Assembly: GCA_043737915.1 (NCBI GenBank)
Contig: JAYSZT010000001.1
Span: 5,289-69,288, forward strand
From: Acidobacteriota bacterium
GTDB lineage: Bacteria > Acidobacteriota > Blastocatellia > Pyrinomonadales > Pyrinomonadaceae
Direction: 5' to 3'
Length of the DNA stretch: 64,000 nucleotides
Shown: positions 19,072 through 28,835 of the stretch, in pieces
Layout of the letters: each line of letters begins with the position of its first letter
Numbering within the stretch: the first letter of the stretch is position 1
The notes under the pieces: generated by a model
Told to the model about the DNA's origin: nothing
What the model saw: the letters and a program-made list of their open reading frames with translations, nothing else
Database searches by the model: none
Made by a program: the position numbers and the translations under genes

Positions 19072-20994
19072 ATGCCCGGTGACCGACACGAACAGACAGG
19101 CGTTACGATGAGATCCTACGGGTCTTTTTTTGTCTACGCCTTAATATTGTCTGTAGCCGTCGTTTCGTCCTGCACCCAGATCCAATCGCCTAAAACCGAG
19201 GCTTTTTTCGCCGAAACGCCCCCGCCAAAGATACAGGAGTTTCGCTGGAGCAACGGCAAATCTCCCAAGACCTTCGATCCCGCTCGGAGTTCGGCGGCAC
19301 CCGAGACCGACATCGTCCGGGCAATTTTTGAGGGACTGACCGAAATCGACGCTAAAACCTTGAAAGAAAAACCGGCGGTCGCCGAGAAGTGGTCCAGTTC
19401 TGACGACCAACGGATATGGACGTTTCAACTTCGAAAAGATGCCCGTTGGTCGAACGGCAAACGCGTGACCGCCAATGATTTCGTCATTTCGTGGAAGCGC
19501 CTAGGCGACCTCGGCGACAAGGCCGTTCACCGCGATCTATTCCGAAACATCGTCGGAATGAACGGGGCGAAACCTGGCTCGGAATTACCGTCCGGCGACT
19601 CGGTCGATTTTGGTAACACATCAACGGAATCTGAAATGCATCAGCGCACTTCAGGTTTGAATTCAAACTCCGCCCTAAAATTTCAGAAATCCCAGGCTGC
19701 GAGTCAGTCGCAACCGACTGCAACTACACCGCCGGCGACTAGTCAACCTCCAAAGTCCCCGGAAAATGCCCCCGCAAAATTAGGTGTCGTAGCGATCAAC
19801 GAGACGACGCTCCGGGTTACGCTTGAGCGTCCCGACAAAGACCTTCCAAAACTCGTCGCTAACCCTTTATTTCGTCCGATCTATGGCGACGGCTCCGTTT
19901 TTGAGGCTGAGTCGATGCCGAAAGCTTTGATAACAAACGGCTCATTCGTCATTTCAAGCTCGGGAAAGGACGGCACCATTCTCGAACGTTCTGATACTTA
20001 CTGGAACAAATCGGCAGTCAATCTCGAACGGATCCGGCTCGTGCCGATGGACTCCGCCGAAGCTGCTCTCGATGCCTATAAAAAAGGCGAGATCGACGCT
20101 GTGACGAACGCCGATTTTGCACCGCTTGCGCTTAAACTGCTCACACCTTACGAAGATTTCCGGCGAACGACCCATAGTGCACTTAATTTTTATGAGATCA
20201 ATACAAAAAATGCTCCCTTCACTGACCGCCGCGTCCGCGAAGCATTAGCGATATCGATCGACCGCGACCGTGTGACCGAGGGCGAACTCGACGGGTCGAC
20301 GCAGCCCGCGACGTCATTCCTTCCGCTCGGCAGCAAGGAGAAATCAAAGATCTCGTTCGACGTCGAACGTGCGAGGCAATTGCTCGAAAGTGCCGGCTTT
20401 CCAAATGGCGAAAACTTTCCAAAGATCAGGCTTCTCATAAACCGCAACGATACCCAGCAACGCGTCGCCCGCACCGTCGCGAAAATGTGGAAGCAAAACC
20501 TAAACCTTGAAACGGAAACTATCGTAAAAGACTCGTTGGAACTTGAAATGGCGAGGACCTCCGGCGAATACGACCTCGTTCGTCGAGGTATCGTGTTACC
20601 CACGATCGACGAAACGGTCAGTCTCGAAGCGATCTTCGGACGTGGCAAAACGCCTACTGTTTCGGCGACAGTTTTCCCGAGAGATGTCGGGAAGAAAGAC
20701 GCTCTGACCCCGACCCCTTTGCCGTTGATACTACCATCCACAGAGGGCGGGCCATCGAACGATATTTTAGCTTACGACGACGCAGAAACTCGGGAGACTG
20801 CAGCAGTCGAGACATTTAGCGAGGAGGACGCGATCTACGAGCTAACCTCGATCCCGCTATACTTTCCCACCTCATATTCGCTCGTTAAGCCTTACGTGAG
20901 GGGCTTTGAGATCAACGGTCTGGACGCACCACTGATGAAAGATATCAGCATCGACAACGATTGGCAGCCAAATGCCGCAAAGCCCGACCTCTAA
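19072..20994 (+). CDS. Peptide/nickel ABC transporter substrate-binding lipoprotein (SBP family 5), copy 1
   Basis: It has a lipobox (VVSSC) and a family-5 SBP core (AEKWSSSDDQRIWTFQLRKDARWSNGKRVTANDF). An internal low-complexity Ser/Thr/Pro/Gln insert is present (QAASQSQPTATTPPATSQPPKSPENAP). An alternative start exists at 19108. Confidence 0.8.
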   Translation: MPGDRHEQTGVTMRSYGSFFVYALILSVAVVSSCTQIQSPKTEAFFAETPPPKIQEFRWSNGKSPKTFDPARSSAAPETDIVRAIFEGLTEIDAKTLKEKPAVAEKWSSSDDQRIWTFQLRKDARWSNGKRVTANDFVISWKRLGDLGDKAVHRDLFRNIVGMNGAKPGSELPSGDSVDFGNTSTESEMHQRTSGLNSNSALKFQKSQAASQSQPTATTPPATSQPPKSPENAPAKLGVVAINETTLRVTLERPDKDLPKLVANPLFRPIYGDGSVFEAESMPKALITNGSFVISSSGKDGTILERSDTYWNKSAVNLERIRLVPMDSAEAALDAYKKGEIDAVTNADFAPLALKLLTPYEDFRRTTHSALNFYEINTKNAPFTDRRVREALAISIDRDRVTEGELDGSTQPATSFLPLGSKEKSKISFDVERARQLLESAGFPNGENFPKIRLLINRNDTQQRVARTVAKMWKQNLNLETETIVKDSLELEMARTSGEYDLVRRGIVLPTIDETVSLEAIFGRGKTPTVSATVFPRDVGKKDALTPTPLPLILPSTEGGPSNDILAYDDAETRETAAVETFSEEDAIYELTSIPLYFPTSYSLVKPYVRGFEINGLDAPLMKDISIDNDWQPNAAKPDL

Positions 20995-21032
20995 ATCGGG
21001 CCTTCATTTAGTTTATTTTCGGGGTTCAAAAT

Positions 21033-23069
21033 ATGGCAGGAAAACAATTCGGCCGGGTCCAAACCCTACTTGCGATGCTCGTCGTGTCCTCATTTTTTGC
21101 CGGATGCACGACATCGGCCAGAGGAAAGTATTTCGGTAAAACATCGCCGCCGAAAGAGAACATTCTTAGATACATCTCAGGTTCCGAATCAGAGACGCTT
21201 GACCCGCAACTTCCCGACGGGCAACCTGAATCACGCATTTTTATGGCCCTGTACGAAGGCCTTGTCGAGTACGACCCGAAAGACTTGCAGCCGATACCGT
21301 CTATCGCGAAGAGCTGGGAGATTAATCCGAATGTCGACGAATTTGTCTTTCACCTCCGCGATAATGCCAAATGGAGCGACGGCAAAGCGATAAACGCTCA
21401 TGATTTCGTTTATAGCCTCCGTCGCGGATTTTCGCCCAACACGATCTCGCGGACCGCCGGCCTCGGATATTTCATTAAGTACGCCGAAGCCTTCAATGGC
21501 GAAAAGGTATTCGTAAAGAAAAGTGATAAATTCTTGACCGCAAGCGATCTCGACGGCTCGCCGGCGAAGATATCTGCAACCTTGGGAGCTGAGACGGAAT
21601 TCAGCCGATCGCTCCATGCCGGCGACCGCATCACGCTCGACGGCGACGAAAAAAAACGTGCTAAAGAGATCGATGCCGACCCAAAGCTGAAATCTCTGGT
21701 GGTTGATGCTGAGTTTGTTCCGATCAAAGCTGAGGATATCGGCGTCGAGGCGATCGATGACTACACTTTGCGGCTCACGTTGCGGCAAAGTGCACCGTTT
21801 TTCTTAGGATTGCTCGCCCATCAGTTTTTTCGCCTTGTGCCTCGGCAGGCGATCGAGGCACACGGTAAGGACTGGACGCGGACGCAGAACATCGTTACCT
21901 GCGGGCCATTTCGCATCAAGAGTCACCGCCCATACGACTCCCTGATCGTCGAGCGCGACCCGAACTACTGGGACGCCGCCAATGTTCATCTGGACGGCAT
22001 CGAATTCTATCCGGTCGAGGAACTTTCGACCATGATGAATCTCTACAAATCAGGCTCGGTCGATGCGATGCTTAACCACTCGGTGCCGTCGTCATGGATC
22101 GGCGAAATGCGGGAGTTCAAGGATGAATATCTGAACCTCCCGGAAAATTCGACATCGTATTACGCGATGAATATGACAAAGCCTCCCTTCAATGATGCCC
22201 GTGTTCGAAAGGCGTTCAATCTCGGCCTCGATCACGAGGCGCTTTCGACATTTCGAAAGGTGACCAAGCCGCTATTCGATTTTTCTCCAGGCGGCATCTT
22301 CCCGGCTTATGACAAAGCTCGTGAAAAGATCAGCGAAGAAATGCGTAACGAACGTGGCGTGCCACCCGAGGTCTGGGCTAAAAATAAATTCTTCGACGCC
22401 GACCAGGCTCGCAAGCTATTGGCTGACGCCGGTTTTCCGGTAATTAAGAACGGCGACGCTTATACGTGTCCAACCTTTCCGGCCGACAAGATTTCCCTCA
22501 CGTTTAATACCAACGAAAACAACCGCTCCGTTGCCGAATACGTTCAGGCCCAGTGGAAACAGAACCTCGGCATTACCGTTCCGCTAAAAACGATGGAGTT
22601 CAAAACTTTTCTCCCCTATTTCAAATCGCTCCAATACGAGGGTTTTGCTCAATTTCTTTGGTCGGGAGATTATATGGACCCGTACACTTTTCTCGGTCTG
22701 CAATACGGCAAAGAAAATGAGGGCGGAGCAGGATTTTATGATCCGAAGTATGACAAAATGCTCGACGAGGCAAACGCAGAGCTAAGCGTCGAAAAGCGGT
22801 ACGAAAAACTCGCCCGGGCGGAGTTCTACCTGATGGAGCAACTTCCGGCCGTGCCGCTCACCATCAACGCCACGAACTGGATCAAAAAGCCGTACGTGAA
22901 AGGGATGTACCCAAACCCGGGCACGCTGATCCCGTGGAAATTCGTCTATATCGAACGCGATCAGGCGAAATGGGACGAAAATGTAGATAACGTAATGAAG
23001 GCCGTCGACCCGCAGGTCGATCGGCAATTGCAAGAACTCGTCAGTACCCAAAAGGCAGTCGCGAAATAG
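21033..23069 (+). CDS. Peptide/nickel ABC transporter substrate-binding lipoprotein (SBP family 5), copy 2
   Basis: It has a lipobox (FFAGC) and the family-5 SBP motif (AKSWEINPNVDEFVFHLRDNAKWSDGKAINAHDF). Confidence 0.85.
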   Translation: MAGKQFGRVQTLLAMLVVSSFFAGCTTSARGKYFGKTSPPKENILRYISGSESETLDPQLPDGQPESRIFMALYEGLVEYDPKDLQPIPSIAKSWEINPNVDEFVFHLRDNAKWSDGKAINAHDFVYSLRRGFSPNTISRTAGLGYFIKYAEAFNGEKVFVKKSDKFLTASDLDGSPAKISATLGAETEFSRSLHAGDRITLDGDEKKRAKEIDADPKLKSLVVDAEFVPIKAEDIGVEAIDDYTLRLTLRQSAPFFLGLLAHQFFRLVPRQAIEAHGKDWTRTQNIVTCGPFRIKSHRPYDSLIVERDPNYWDAANVHLDGIEFYPVEELSTMMNLYKSGSVDAMLNHSVPSSWIGEMREFKDEYLNLPENSTSYYAMNMTKPPFNDARVRKAFNLGLDHEALSTFRKVTKPLFDFSPGGIFPAYDKAREKISEEMRNERGVPPEVWAKNKFFDADQARKLLADAGFPVIKNGDAYTCPTFPADKISLTFNTNENNRSVAEYVQAQWKQNLGITVPLKTMEFKTFLPYFKSLQYEGFAQFLWSGDYMDPYTFLGLQYGKENEGGAGFYDPKYDKMLDEANAELSVEKRYEKLARAEFYLMEQLPAVPLTINATNWIKKPYVKGMYPNPGTLIPWKFVYIERDQAKWDENVDNVMKAVDPQVDRQLQELVSTQKAVAK

Positions 23070-23074
23070 ATACG

Positions 23075-23992
23075 ATGCTTAGTTTCATCATCCGCCGATT
23101 ACTGATAATCATCCCGATGGCTCTGCTCGTCGTGACTTTGACGTGGGGATTGATCCGCATCGCTCCGGGCAATTTTTATACTAGCGAGAAGAAGCTGCCG
23201 CCCGCGATCGAGGCAACGATCCGCAAGAAATACGGCCTAGATCTACCATGGTATCAACAGTACGGGATGATGATCTCAAATGTCGCCCGCGGTGATTTTG
23301 GAGATTCTCTAAAATATCAGGGTCAATCGGTCAATGAGATAATCTGGCGGCATCTGCCGTATTCAGCGACGATCGGAATATTAGCCTATTTGCTCGCCCT
23401 CGCGATCGGCTTAACTGCCGGTACGGTCGCGGCCTTGCGGCAAAACTCCGCGTTCGACTATGGATCGATGTCGCTGGCGATGCTTGGGCTCTCGGTGCCG
23501 AACTTCGTTCTGGGCCCGCTGCTGGTCCTCGTTTTCGCGTTTTGGCTTTATTTGTTCCCGGCAGCCCGATGGGGCGGCGTTTCGAGTCTTGTTTTACCGG
23601 TCGTGACCCTCGCCGCGATCTACTCAGCATACATCGCCCGCCTCACGCGAGCCGGAATGCTTGAGGTCATGCGTTCCGATTACATTCGAACCGCCCGGGC
23701 AAAAGGGCTTAGCGAACGGACAGTTTTGCTTCGCCATGCGATCCGCGGCGGAATAATTCCGGTGCTGTCATTCACCGGTCCGGCACTCGCCGCCCTGCTT
23801 GCGGGAACTGTCGTCGTCGAAAAGGTCTTCGCCCTGCCCGGTCTCGGCGACATTTTTATCAAATCTGTGCTCAACCGCGACGAACCGTTGACACTCGGAA
23901 TCGTCGCCTTTCTCTCGATCCTGATAATGATCTTTAATCTTTTGGTCGATATCGCTTACGGATATTTGGATCCGCGGATCAGATATGAATAA
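23075..23992 (+). CDS. Peptide ABC transporter permease (DppB/OppB-type)
   Basis: The 305-aa protein has about 6 TM helices and an EAA-like loop (YIRTARAKGLSERTVLLRHAIRGG). Confidence 0.9.
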   Translation: MLSFIIRRLLIIIPMALLVVTLTWGLIRIAPGNFYTSEKKLPPAIEATIRKKYGLDLPWYQQYGMMISNVARGDFGDSLKYQGQSVNEIIWRHLPYSATIGILAYLLALAIGLTAGTVAALRQNSAFDYGSMSLAMLGLSVPNFVLGPLLVLVFAFWLYLFPAARWGGVSSLVLPVVTLAAIYSAYIARLTRAGMLEVMRSDYIRTARAKGLSERTVLLRHAIRGGIIPVLSFTGPALAALLAGTVVVEKVFALPGLGDIFIKSVLNRDEPLTLGIVAFLSILIMIFNLLVDIAYGYLDPRIRYE

Positions 23993-23994
23993 GA

Positions 23995-25149
23995 ATGGCT
24001 ATCAAGATACGAAATAAAAAAAATTTAACACCGGAGAATGGTAGTTCATCATGGTCTCTTCCCGTTGCCATCGCTTTTATATTTCAGGTTCTAATGAATG
24101 CGATTTTACAAGTTTTTGATTGGCCGGAAAGTTGGGACGGGGTTCTGATTTTGAACCTGGACTTTTTTTTATTTTATTTCATTCTCATACTTTTTTATTT
24201 ATCAGGGAACAAAACATCCTCACTCTGGTCAGACGCGTTGAAACGATTGGTGAGAAATCGACTCGCATTCGTCGGTTTAGTGACCATCTTTCTGATTATT
24301 GTCGCGGTGATCAATGGACCGCCTCTTCTCGAATCGCTTACCGGATATTCTTATGATTCGACGCCAGCTGAAATTGCCCTTCAAAACTCGTTTCCGCCGT
24401 CGTGGCAGCATCTGATGGGCACCGACGATCAGGGCCGCGACATGCTCGCCCGCGTTTTGCAGGGCGGGCGAATATCGCTGATGGTCGGCATCATTTCGAC
24501 GCTCGTCTCGCTGATCGTCGGCGTCTCGTACGGAGCGATCGCCGGTTTTCTCGGGGGCCGCATCGACAATATAATGATGCGCATCGTCGACGTGCTTTAT
24601 TCGATACCGTTCCTACTGATCGTCATCGTTTTGCTGAACGTTTTCGGCGGCCCCGGCACACCGGAATGGATAAAATGGCTATCTACCAATATCGGCGGAG
24701 CCCAAAATCAGGGCTTGAGTCAAATCTTTCTGCTGTTTTTTGCACTCGGACTGGTTTCTTGGCTGACGATGGCACGCGTCGTTCGCGGACAGGTCTTGTC
24801 GCTAAAGAATCAGGAATTCGTCCTCGCCGCGAAAGCCACAGGCGTTTCGACGCTGGGAATCGTCTTTCGCCATCTTGTCCCGAATACGCTCGGCCCAGTG
24901 ATCATCTACGCGACGCTCACCGTTCCCAGCGTGATGCTCACCGAGGCGTTCCTGTCGTTCCTCGGCCTCGGCGTCCAGGCCCCGTATGCATCGTGGGGCA
25001 GCCTCGCCGATGCGGGAATCAAGAACCTTGCGATCTTTCCGTGGCAACTTATCTTTCCCGGTATAACGATGGCACTGACCCTATTTTCGCTGAATTTTCT
25101 AGGCGACGGCATCCGCGACGCACTTGATCCGCAGACGAGGAAGTTTTGA
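23995..25149 (+). CDS. Peptide ABC transporter permease (DppC/OppC-type) with an unusual AT-rich N-terminal extension
   Basis: The core runs from about LWSDALKRLVRNRLAFVGL onward and contains GTDDQGRDMLARV and an EAA loop (EFVLAAKATGVSTLGIVFRHLVPN). The first ~80 codons are markedly AT-rich, and the true start is uncertain. Confidence 0.8.
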   Translation: MAIKIRNKKNLTPENGSSSWSLPVAIAFIFQVLMNAILQVFDWPESWDGVLILNLDFFLFYFILILFYLSGNKTSSLWSDALKRLVRNRLAFVGLVTIFLIIVAVINGPPLLESLTGYSYDSTPAEIALQNSFPPSWQHLMGTDDQGRDMLARVLQGGRISLMVGIISTLVSLIVGVSYGAIAGFLGGRIDNIMMRIVDVLYSIPFLLIVIVLLNVFGGPGTPEWIKWLSTNIGGAQNQGLSQIFLLFFALGLVSWLTMARVVRGQVLSLKNQEFVLAAKATGVSTLGIVFRHLVPNTLGPVIIYATLTVPSVMLTEAFLSFLGLGVQAPYASWGSLADAGIKNLAIFPWQLIFPGITMALTLFSLNFLGDGIRDALDPQTRKF

Positions 25150-25152
25150 TCG

Positions 25153-26175
25153 ATGGGTAACAACAGCACAATTCTTTCGGTCGACGGTCTGAAGACTTAT
25201 TTTCAGACCGAGGACGGCGTCGTCAAGGCCGTTGACGGAATCTCGTTCGAATTGAAAAAGGGCGAGACCCTTGGCATAGTCGGTGAATCGGGCTCCGGCA
25301 AATCCGTGACGAATCTGTCGGTTATGCGCCTTATCCAAGAGCCGCCGGGCAAGATCGTGGACGGTAAGGTTGTTTTTGACGGGATCGACGTGCTCGGCCT
25401 GCCGATCGCCGAAGTGCGAAAGATCCGCGGGAAACGCATCGCGATGATCTTCCAGGACCCGATGACCTCGCTGAATCCGTTCCTGAAGATCTCGAAACAG
25501 CTAACGGAGGTGACCCAACTTCATCTCGGCCACACTAAAAAACAGGCTCGCGAACATGCCATAAAAATGCTGAAACTGGTCGGGATTTCCGATGCAGAGC
25601 AGCGGATCGACAGCTACCCGCACGAATTCTCAGGCGGTATGCGGCAGCGTGTGATGATCGCGATGGCTCTCAGCTGCGACCCCGAACTTCTTATCGCGGA
25701 TGAACCGACGACCGCACTGGACGTGACAATTCAGGCTCAAATTCTCGAACTCATCAAAGACCTGAAAAAAAGAATGGGGACAAGCGTCATCCTCATCACG
25801 CACGACCTCGGCGTCGTCGCCGGAATGACCGACAAGATCATCGTCATGTACGCCGGCAAAGTTTTCGAGCAGGCTCCGACGCATGCACTATTCGCAACAC
25901 CGGCCAATCCGTACACGAAAGGTTTGCTGAAAAGCGTCCCCGACCCGGAACACGAACAAGGTACCGAACTTTATCAAATTCCCGGCCTGCCGCCCGATGT
26001 CGCCCATCTGCCGCCCGGATGCCCGTTCGCCGAGCGGTGCGACCGTGCCGAAGATATTTGCCGCAAAGACTTTCCTCCATTCGTCGAGGTCAGCCCGGGC
26101 CATCGGTCGCTCTGTCATTTCGCACGCGAAGTTTATGCCGAAAGTTCTAAAGATCTGTCGACGGAGGAACAATGA
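25153..26175 (+). CDS. Peptide ABC transporter ATPase (OppD/DppD-type)
   Basis: It has Walker A (GESGSGKSV), the signature (FSGGMRQRV), Walker B ([12 protein letters not shown]) and a C-terminal Cys-containing oligopeptide-transporter tail (PGCPFAERC...IC...LCHF). Confidence 0.92.
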   Translation: MGNNSTILSVDGLKTYFQTEDGVVKAVDGISFELKKGETLGIVGESGSGKSVTNLSVMRLIQEPPGKIVDGKVVFDGIDVLGLPIAEVRKIRGKRIAMIFQDPMTSLNPFLKISKQLTEVTQLHLGHTKKQAREHAIKMLKLVGISDAEQRIDSYPHEFSGGMRQRVMIAMALSCDPELLIADEPTTALDVTIQAQILELIKDLKKRMGTSVILITHDLGVVAGMTDKIIVMYAGKVFEQAPTHALFATPANPYTKGLLKSVPDPEHEQGTELYQIPGLPPDVAHLPPGCPFAERCDRAEDICRKDFPPFVEVSPGHRSLCHFAREVYAESSKDLSTEEQ

Positions 26176-26852
26176 AAAAACTATCGCTCGTTTTATTTGT
26201 CGTCTTATTCGCAACGCTTGGCTGCAAGTTCCTTGATTCGATAAAGGGCGGCTCGGGTTCAGGCAGTGGATCGGGCGGCGGTTCAGGGGCTTCGTCCGGG
26301 GGCGACCCGACGGTTGAACTAAAAGCGTCCGCGAAAAAGTTTATGGATCTCAAATCGTTCTCCGCAAAGATGGAGGGAATGGGCCAAACCGAGATCAAGT
26401 CGCAGGTAGATTTCGTCGCTCCTGACAAATTCCACGTCACATATCTTGGCGGGACCGGCGCCGGAATGGAGCTGATCTACATTGGCGGCGATTCGTATAT
26501 GAAATCGAGCGGATCAGGCGGTTGGATGAAGATGCAGAGCGATGCAAAGGCGATACCGAACCTCCGCGATTCCTTCACCGAAGAAGGTCTGAAATCACTG
26601 ACCGATGTAAAATTTGAGGGAGAAGAAACTGTCGATGGTAAACCAGCTTTCGTTTACACTTACAAAAACGTCACGCCGGTCGGCAATTATCCATTCACCT
26701 CAAAAAGCTGGATCAGTAAGAGCACTGGCCTTCCGATCAAGATCTACGTCGAATATTCTAACGGCATGCTCAAGAATATGACCGTCAATTACGATACAGA
26801 ATCGCCGATAACGATCGAGCCGCCGACAAAATCAGTGCCGATGGCTGGCTGA
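26172..26852 (+). CDS. Lipoprotein of unknown function (possibly LolA/LppX-like fold) embedded between the two ABC ATPase genes
   Basis: It has a lipobox (LFATLGC), a Gly/Ser linker (GGSGSGSGSGGGSGASSGG) and then a beta-rich domain. Its start overlaps the oppD-like stop as ATGA. The fold assignment is a guess. Confidence 0.6.
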   Translation: MKKLSLVLFVVLFATLGCKFLDSIKGGSGSGSGSGGGSGASSGGDPTVELKASAKKFMDLKSFSAKMEGMGQTEIKSQVDFVAPDKFHVTYLGGTGAGMELIYIGGDSYMKSSGSGGWMKMQSDAKAIPNLRDSFTEEGLKSLTDVKFEGEETVDGKPAFVYTYKNVTPVGNYPFTSKSWISKSTGLPIKIYVEYSNGMLKNMTVNYDTESPITIEPPTKSVPMAG

Positions 26853-26866
26853 TCAATAATTTCGTT

Positions 26867-28051
26867 ATGCTTAAATCCCTAAGCTGCCCAAAATGCGGCG
26901 CAAACCTGAGCGTCAGCGACGGTGAAAAGTCTATTAAGTGCCAATTCTGCGGCGCAACGTCGATGCTTGACATCAAGAACGACGAGCTGATATTGCCCGT
27001 GAAATTTCCTGCCTTCGAGCCTGAAAGAAGCTCTCAGAATGGCCTCATATCGCTGCGAGATCTGCAGGTTTACTATCGCTCGGGCGGTGGATTATTCACG
27101 CCTTCGAAAACTGTCAAAGCGGTTGACGGCGTTTCGCTTGAAATAAAAAAAGGCGAGACATTAGGCCTCGTCGGAGAATCTGGCTGCGGCAAATCGACGC
27201 TCGGCAAGGCAATTCTGAGATTGACCGAACCGACCGGCGGTAGCGTCTTTTATAATGGTAAAGACCTGGCGAAACTGCCGTTATCGGCAATGCGCGAACA
27301 GCGGAAGCACTTGCAAATGATATTTCAGGATCCGTACGCAAGCCTCAATCCGCGAATGACCGTCGGCGATATCATCGGCGAACCGATCCGAACCTTCCGC
27401 CTTGGCGGCGGCGGCGCCCGCGTACAGGAATTGATGGAGACCGTCGGCCTCAGCCGCCGCTTTGTAAAGCGTTACCCGCACGAATTTTCGGGCGGGCAGC
27501 GGCAACGTATCGGCATCGCCCGGGCACTCGCCGTCGATCCGGAATTCATTGTCGCCGACGAACCGATCTCCGCTCTCGACGTATCGATACAGGCTCAAAT
27601 AATGAACCTAATGGAGCGGCTACAGGCTGAAAAAGAACTAACTTATTTGTTTATTTCACACGATCTACGTGCAGTTCGCCATTTGGCAGATAGAGTTGCG
27701 GTTATGTACCTCGGCCGGATCGTCGAACTTGCCGATAGCAAGGAGATCTACAAAGACGCACTAATGCCTTACACACAGGCATTGATTTCGGCCGTACCGG
27801 TTCCCAACCCTGAGATCGAGTCTAAACGCGAGCGAATTATTTTGAAGGGTGACGTTCCTTCACCGATCGATCCACCGAAAGGCTGTCATTTTCATACCCG
27901 ATGTCAGTTCGCGATTCCTGAGTGCAAAACCGTGTCGCCGAGCCTCGTCGAGATAAAACCGCTCCATTACGCCGCATGTATACGCATCAATCCGAGCTAT
28001 CCGCATATCGCGGAGAATGAAACCTTTGGTCTCGGTGCGATCGGCATTTAA
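26867..28051 (+). CDS. Peptide ABC transporter ATPase (OppF/DppF-type), possibly with an N-terminal Cys4 zinc-ribbon extension
   Basis: It has Walker A (GESGCGKST), the signature (FSGGQRQRI), Walker B ([12 protein letters not shown]) and a C-terminal tail ([16 protein letters not shown]). N-terminal residues 1-33 read [33 protein letters not shown]. The next in-frame Met is M33 (26963), so inclusion of the ribbon depends on start choice. Confidence 0.85.
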   Translation: MLKSLSCPKCGANLSVSDGEKSIKCQFCGATSMLDIKNDELILPVKFPAFEPERSSQNGLISLRDLQVYYRSGGGLFTPSKTVKAVDGVSLEIKKGETLGLVGESGCGKSTLGKAILRLTEPTGGSVFYNGKDLAKLPLSAMREQRKHLQMIFQDPYASLNPRMTVGDIIGEPIRTFRLGGGGARVQELMETVGLSRRFVKRYPHEFSGGQRQRIGIARALAVDPEFIVADEPISALDVSIQAQIMNLMERLQAEKELTYLFISHDLRAVRHLADRVAVMYLGRIVELADSKEIYKDALMPYTQALISAVPVPNPEIESKRERIILKGDVPSPIDPPKGCHFHTRCQFAIPECKTVSPSLVEIKPLHYAACIRINPSYPHIAENETFGLGAIGI

Positions 28052-28052
28052 A

Positions 28053-28088
28053 ACGATCGAGGCCTTGGAAAACCAAGGCCTCGATCGT
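28053..28088. terminator. Perfect 16-bp hairpin between convergent genes (likely bidirectional terminator)
   Basis: The sequence acgatcgaggccttgg-aaaa-ccaaggcctcgatcgt was read directly. It lies 2 nt after the oppF-like stop and 22 nt from the stop of the minus-strand gene. There is no long U-tract on either side. Confidence 0.7.
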
Positions 28089-28110
28089 AATTCATGATTA
28101 GCGTAGTCGA

Positions 28111-28602
28111 CTAATTAGTTGCCGTCTTCGCGTTCTCTTCGTTTCTCAATGACTTGATACGGTTATGTGCCGCAAGAATAGCATGTGACTGCTGGCTTAC
28201 AATATCAGCGATATTCGCCGGCAAATTGGTCTCGAGTGCTTTGGCGTACGCGTCTTTGGCATAATCTTCGCCCCGTTCGCATTCGTTGAGGATCGCGCCT
28301 TCGTCTTTGCCCGTGATCGCCGATTTCAGGTCGATCCAACCGCGATGTACTGCCGCCGTCAACGATCCTGATGTTTCCGGATCACCGCCGAGTGAACGAA
28401 CAGTTTGCTGCAGAACGCCGACAAATTCAGACCGTTGTTGCGAAAATTCATAGAAAATAGTTTTCAGGTCTGATCTTTCGATCCCTTCTGCGGCATCCTT
28501 AAATCCGTCCTGGCCGTCTTTACAGATCTCGATCAACCCATTGAGAGTTGAGATCACATCGTCGTTGTTGATCGTCTTTGTTCCTTCGAATTCGTTGCTC
28601 AT
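28111..28602 (-). CDS. PA2169/DUF2383-like four-helix-bundle (ferritin-like) protein
   Basis: From the ATG at 28602 (GGAGG lies 8 nt upstream) the protein begins MSNEFEGTKTINNDDVISTLNGLIEICKDGQDGFKDAAEG, followed by a repeat of similar helices (AVHRGWIDLK..., CERGEDYAKDAYAKALE). Confidence 0.6.
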   Translation of the reverse strand: MSNEFEGTKTINNDDVISTLNGLIEICKDGQDGFKDAAEGIERSDLKTIFYEFSQQRSEFVGVLQQTVRSLGGDPETSGSLTAAVHRGWIDLKSAITGKDEGAILNECERGEDYAKDAYAKALETNLPANIADIVSQQSHAILAAHNRIKSLRNEENAKTATN

Positions 28603-28835
28603 AATAAATGCCTCCGTGAAGTTTATAAAGTATTCTGAACGCGAGTATGTTCGCATTTCTAAGGATAATTTTGTTTTGACGAACTTACTGTACGGTGGCG
28701 AACACTTCGATGAGATTCCTCGTTTAGAGGGCTTTTATGTGCATTCTAATAGTATTATTAATTGAAATGCTGTCGGCATTAGCCGTTTTAGCTGTTACAT
28801 ATTAGTTCAGCTGACGGCGTATTATTTGATCTTAA

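Noticed and set aside
19600-19790. The low-complexity Ser/Thr/Pro/Gln segment in the first SBP, considered as a possible frameshift or fusion
   Set aside because: The reading frame is continuous, and SBP-family motifs occur on both sides. It is most simply a disordered loop insertion.
24402-25127. A 241-aa alternative-frame ORF inside the DppC-like permease
   Set aside because: It is extremely Arg/Pro/His-rich and overlaps a clear permease frame with an EAA loop. It is a frame artefact.
26247-26303. Repetitive GGC/TCN DNA (ggcggctcgggttcaggcagtggatcgggcggcggttcagggg...), considered as a DNA-level tandem repeat
   Set aside because: It is simply the coding sequence of a Gly/Ser tether (GGSGSGSGSGGGSGASSGG) following the lipobox of the lipoprotein.
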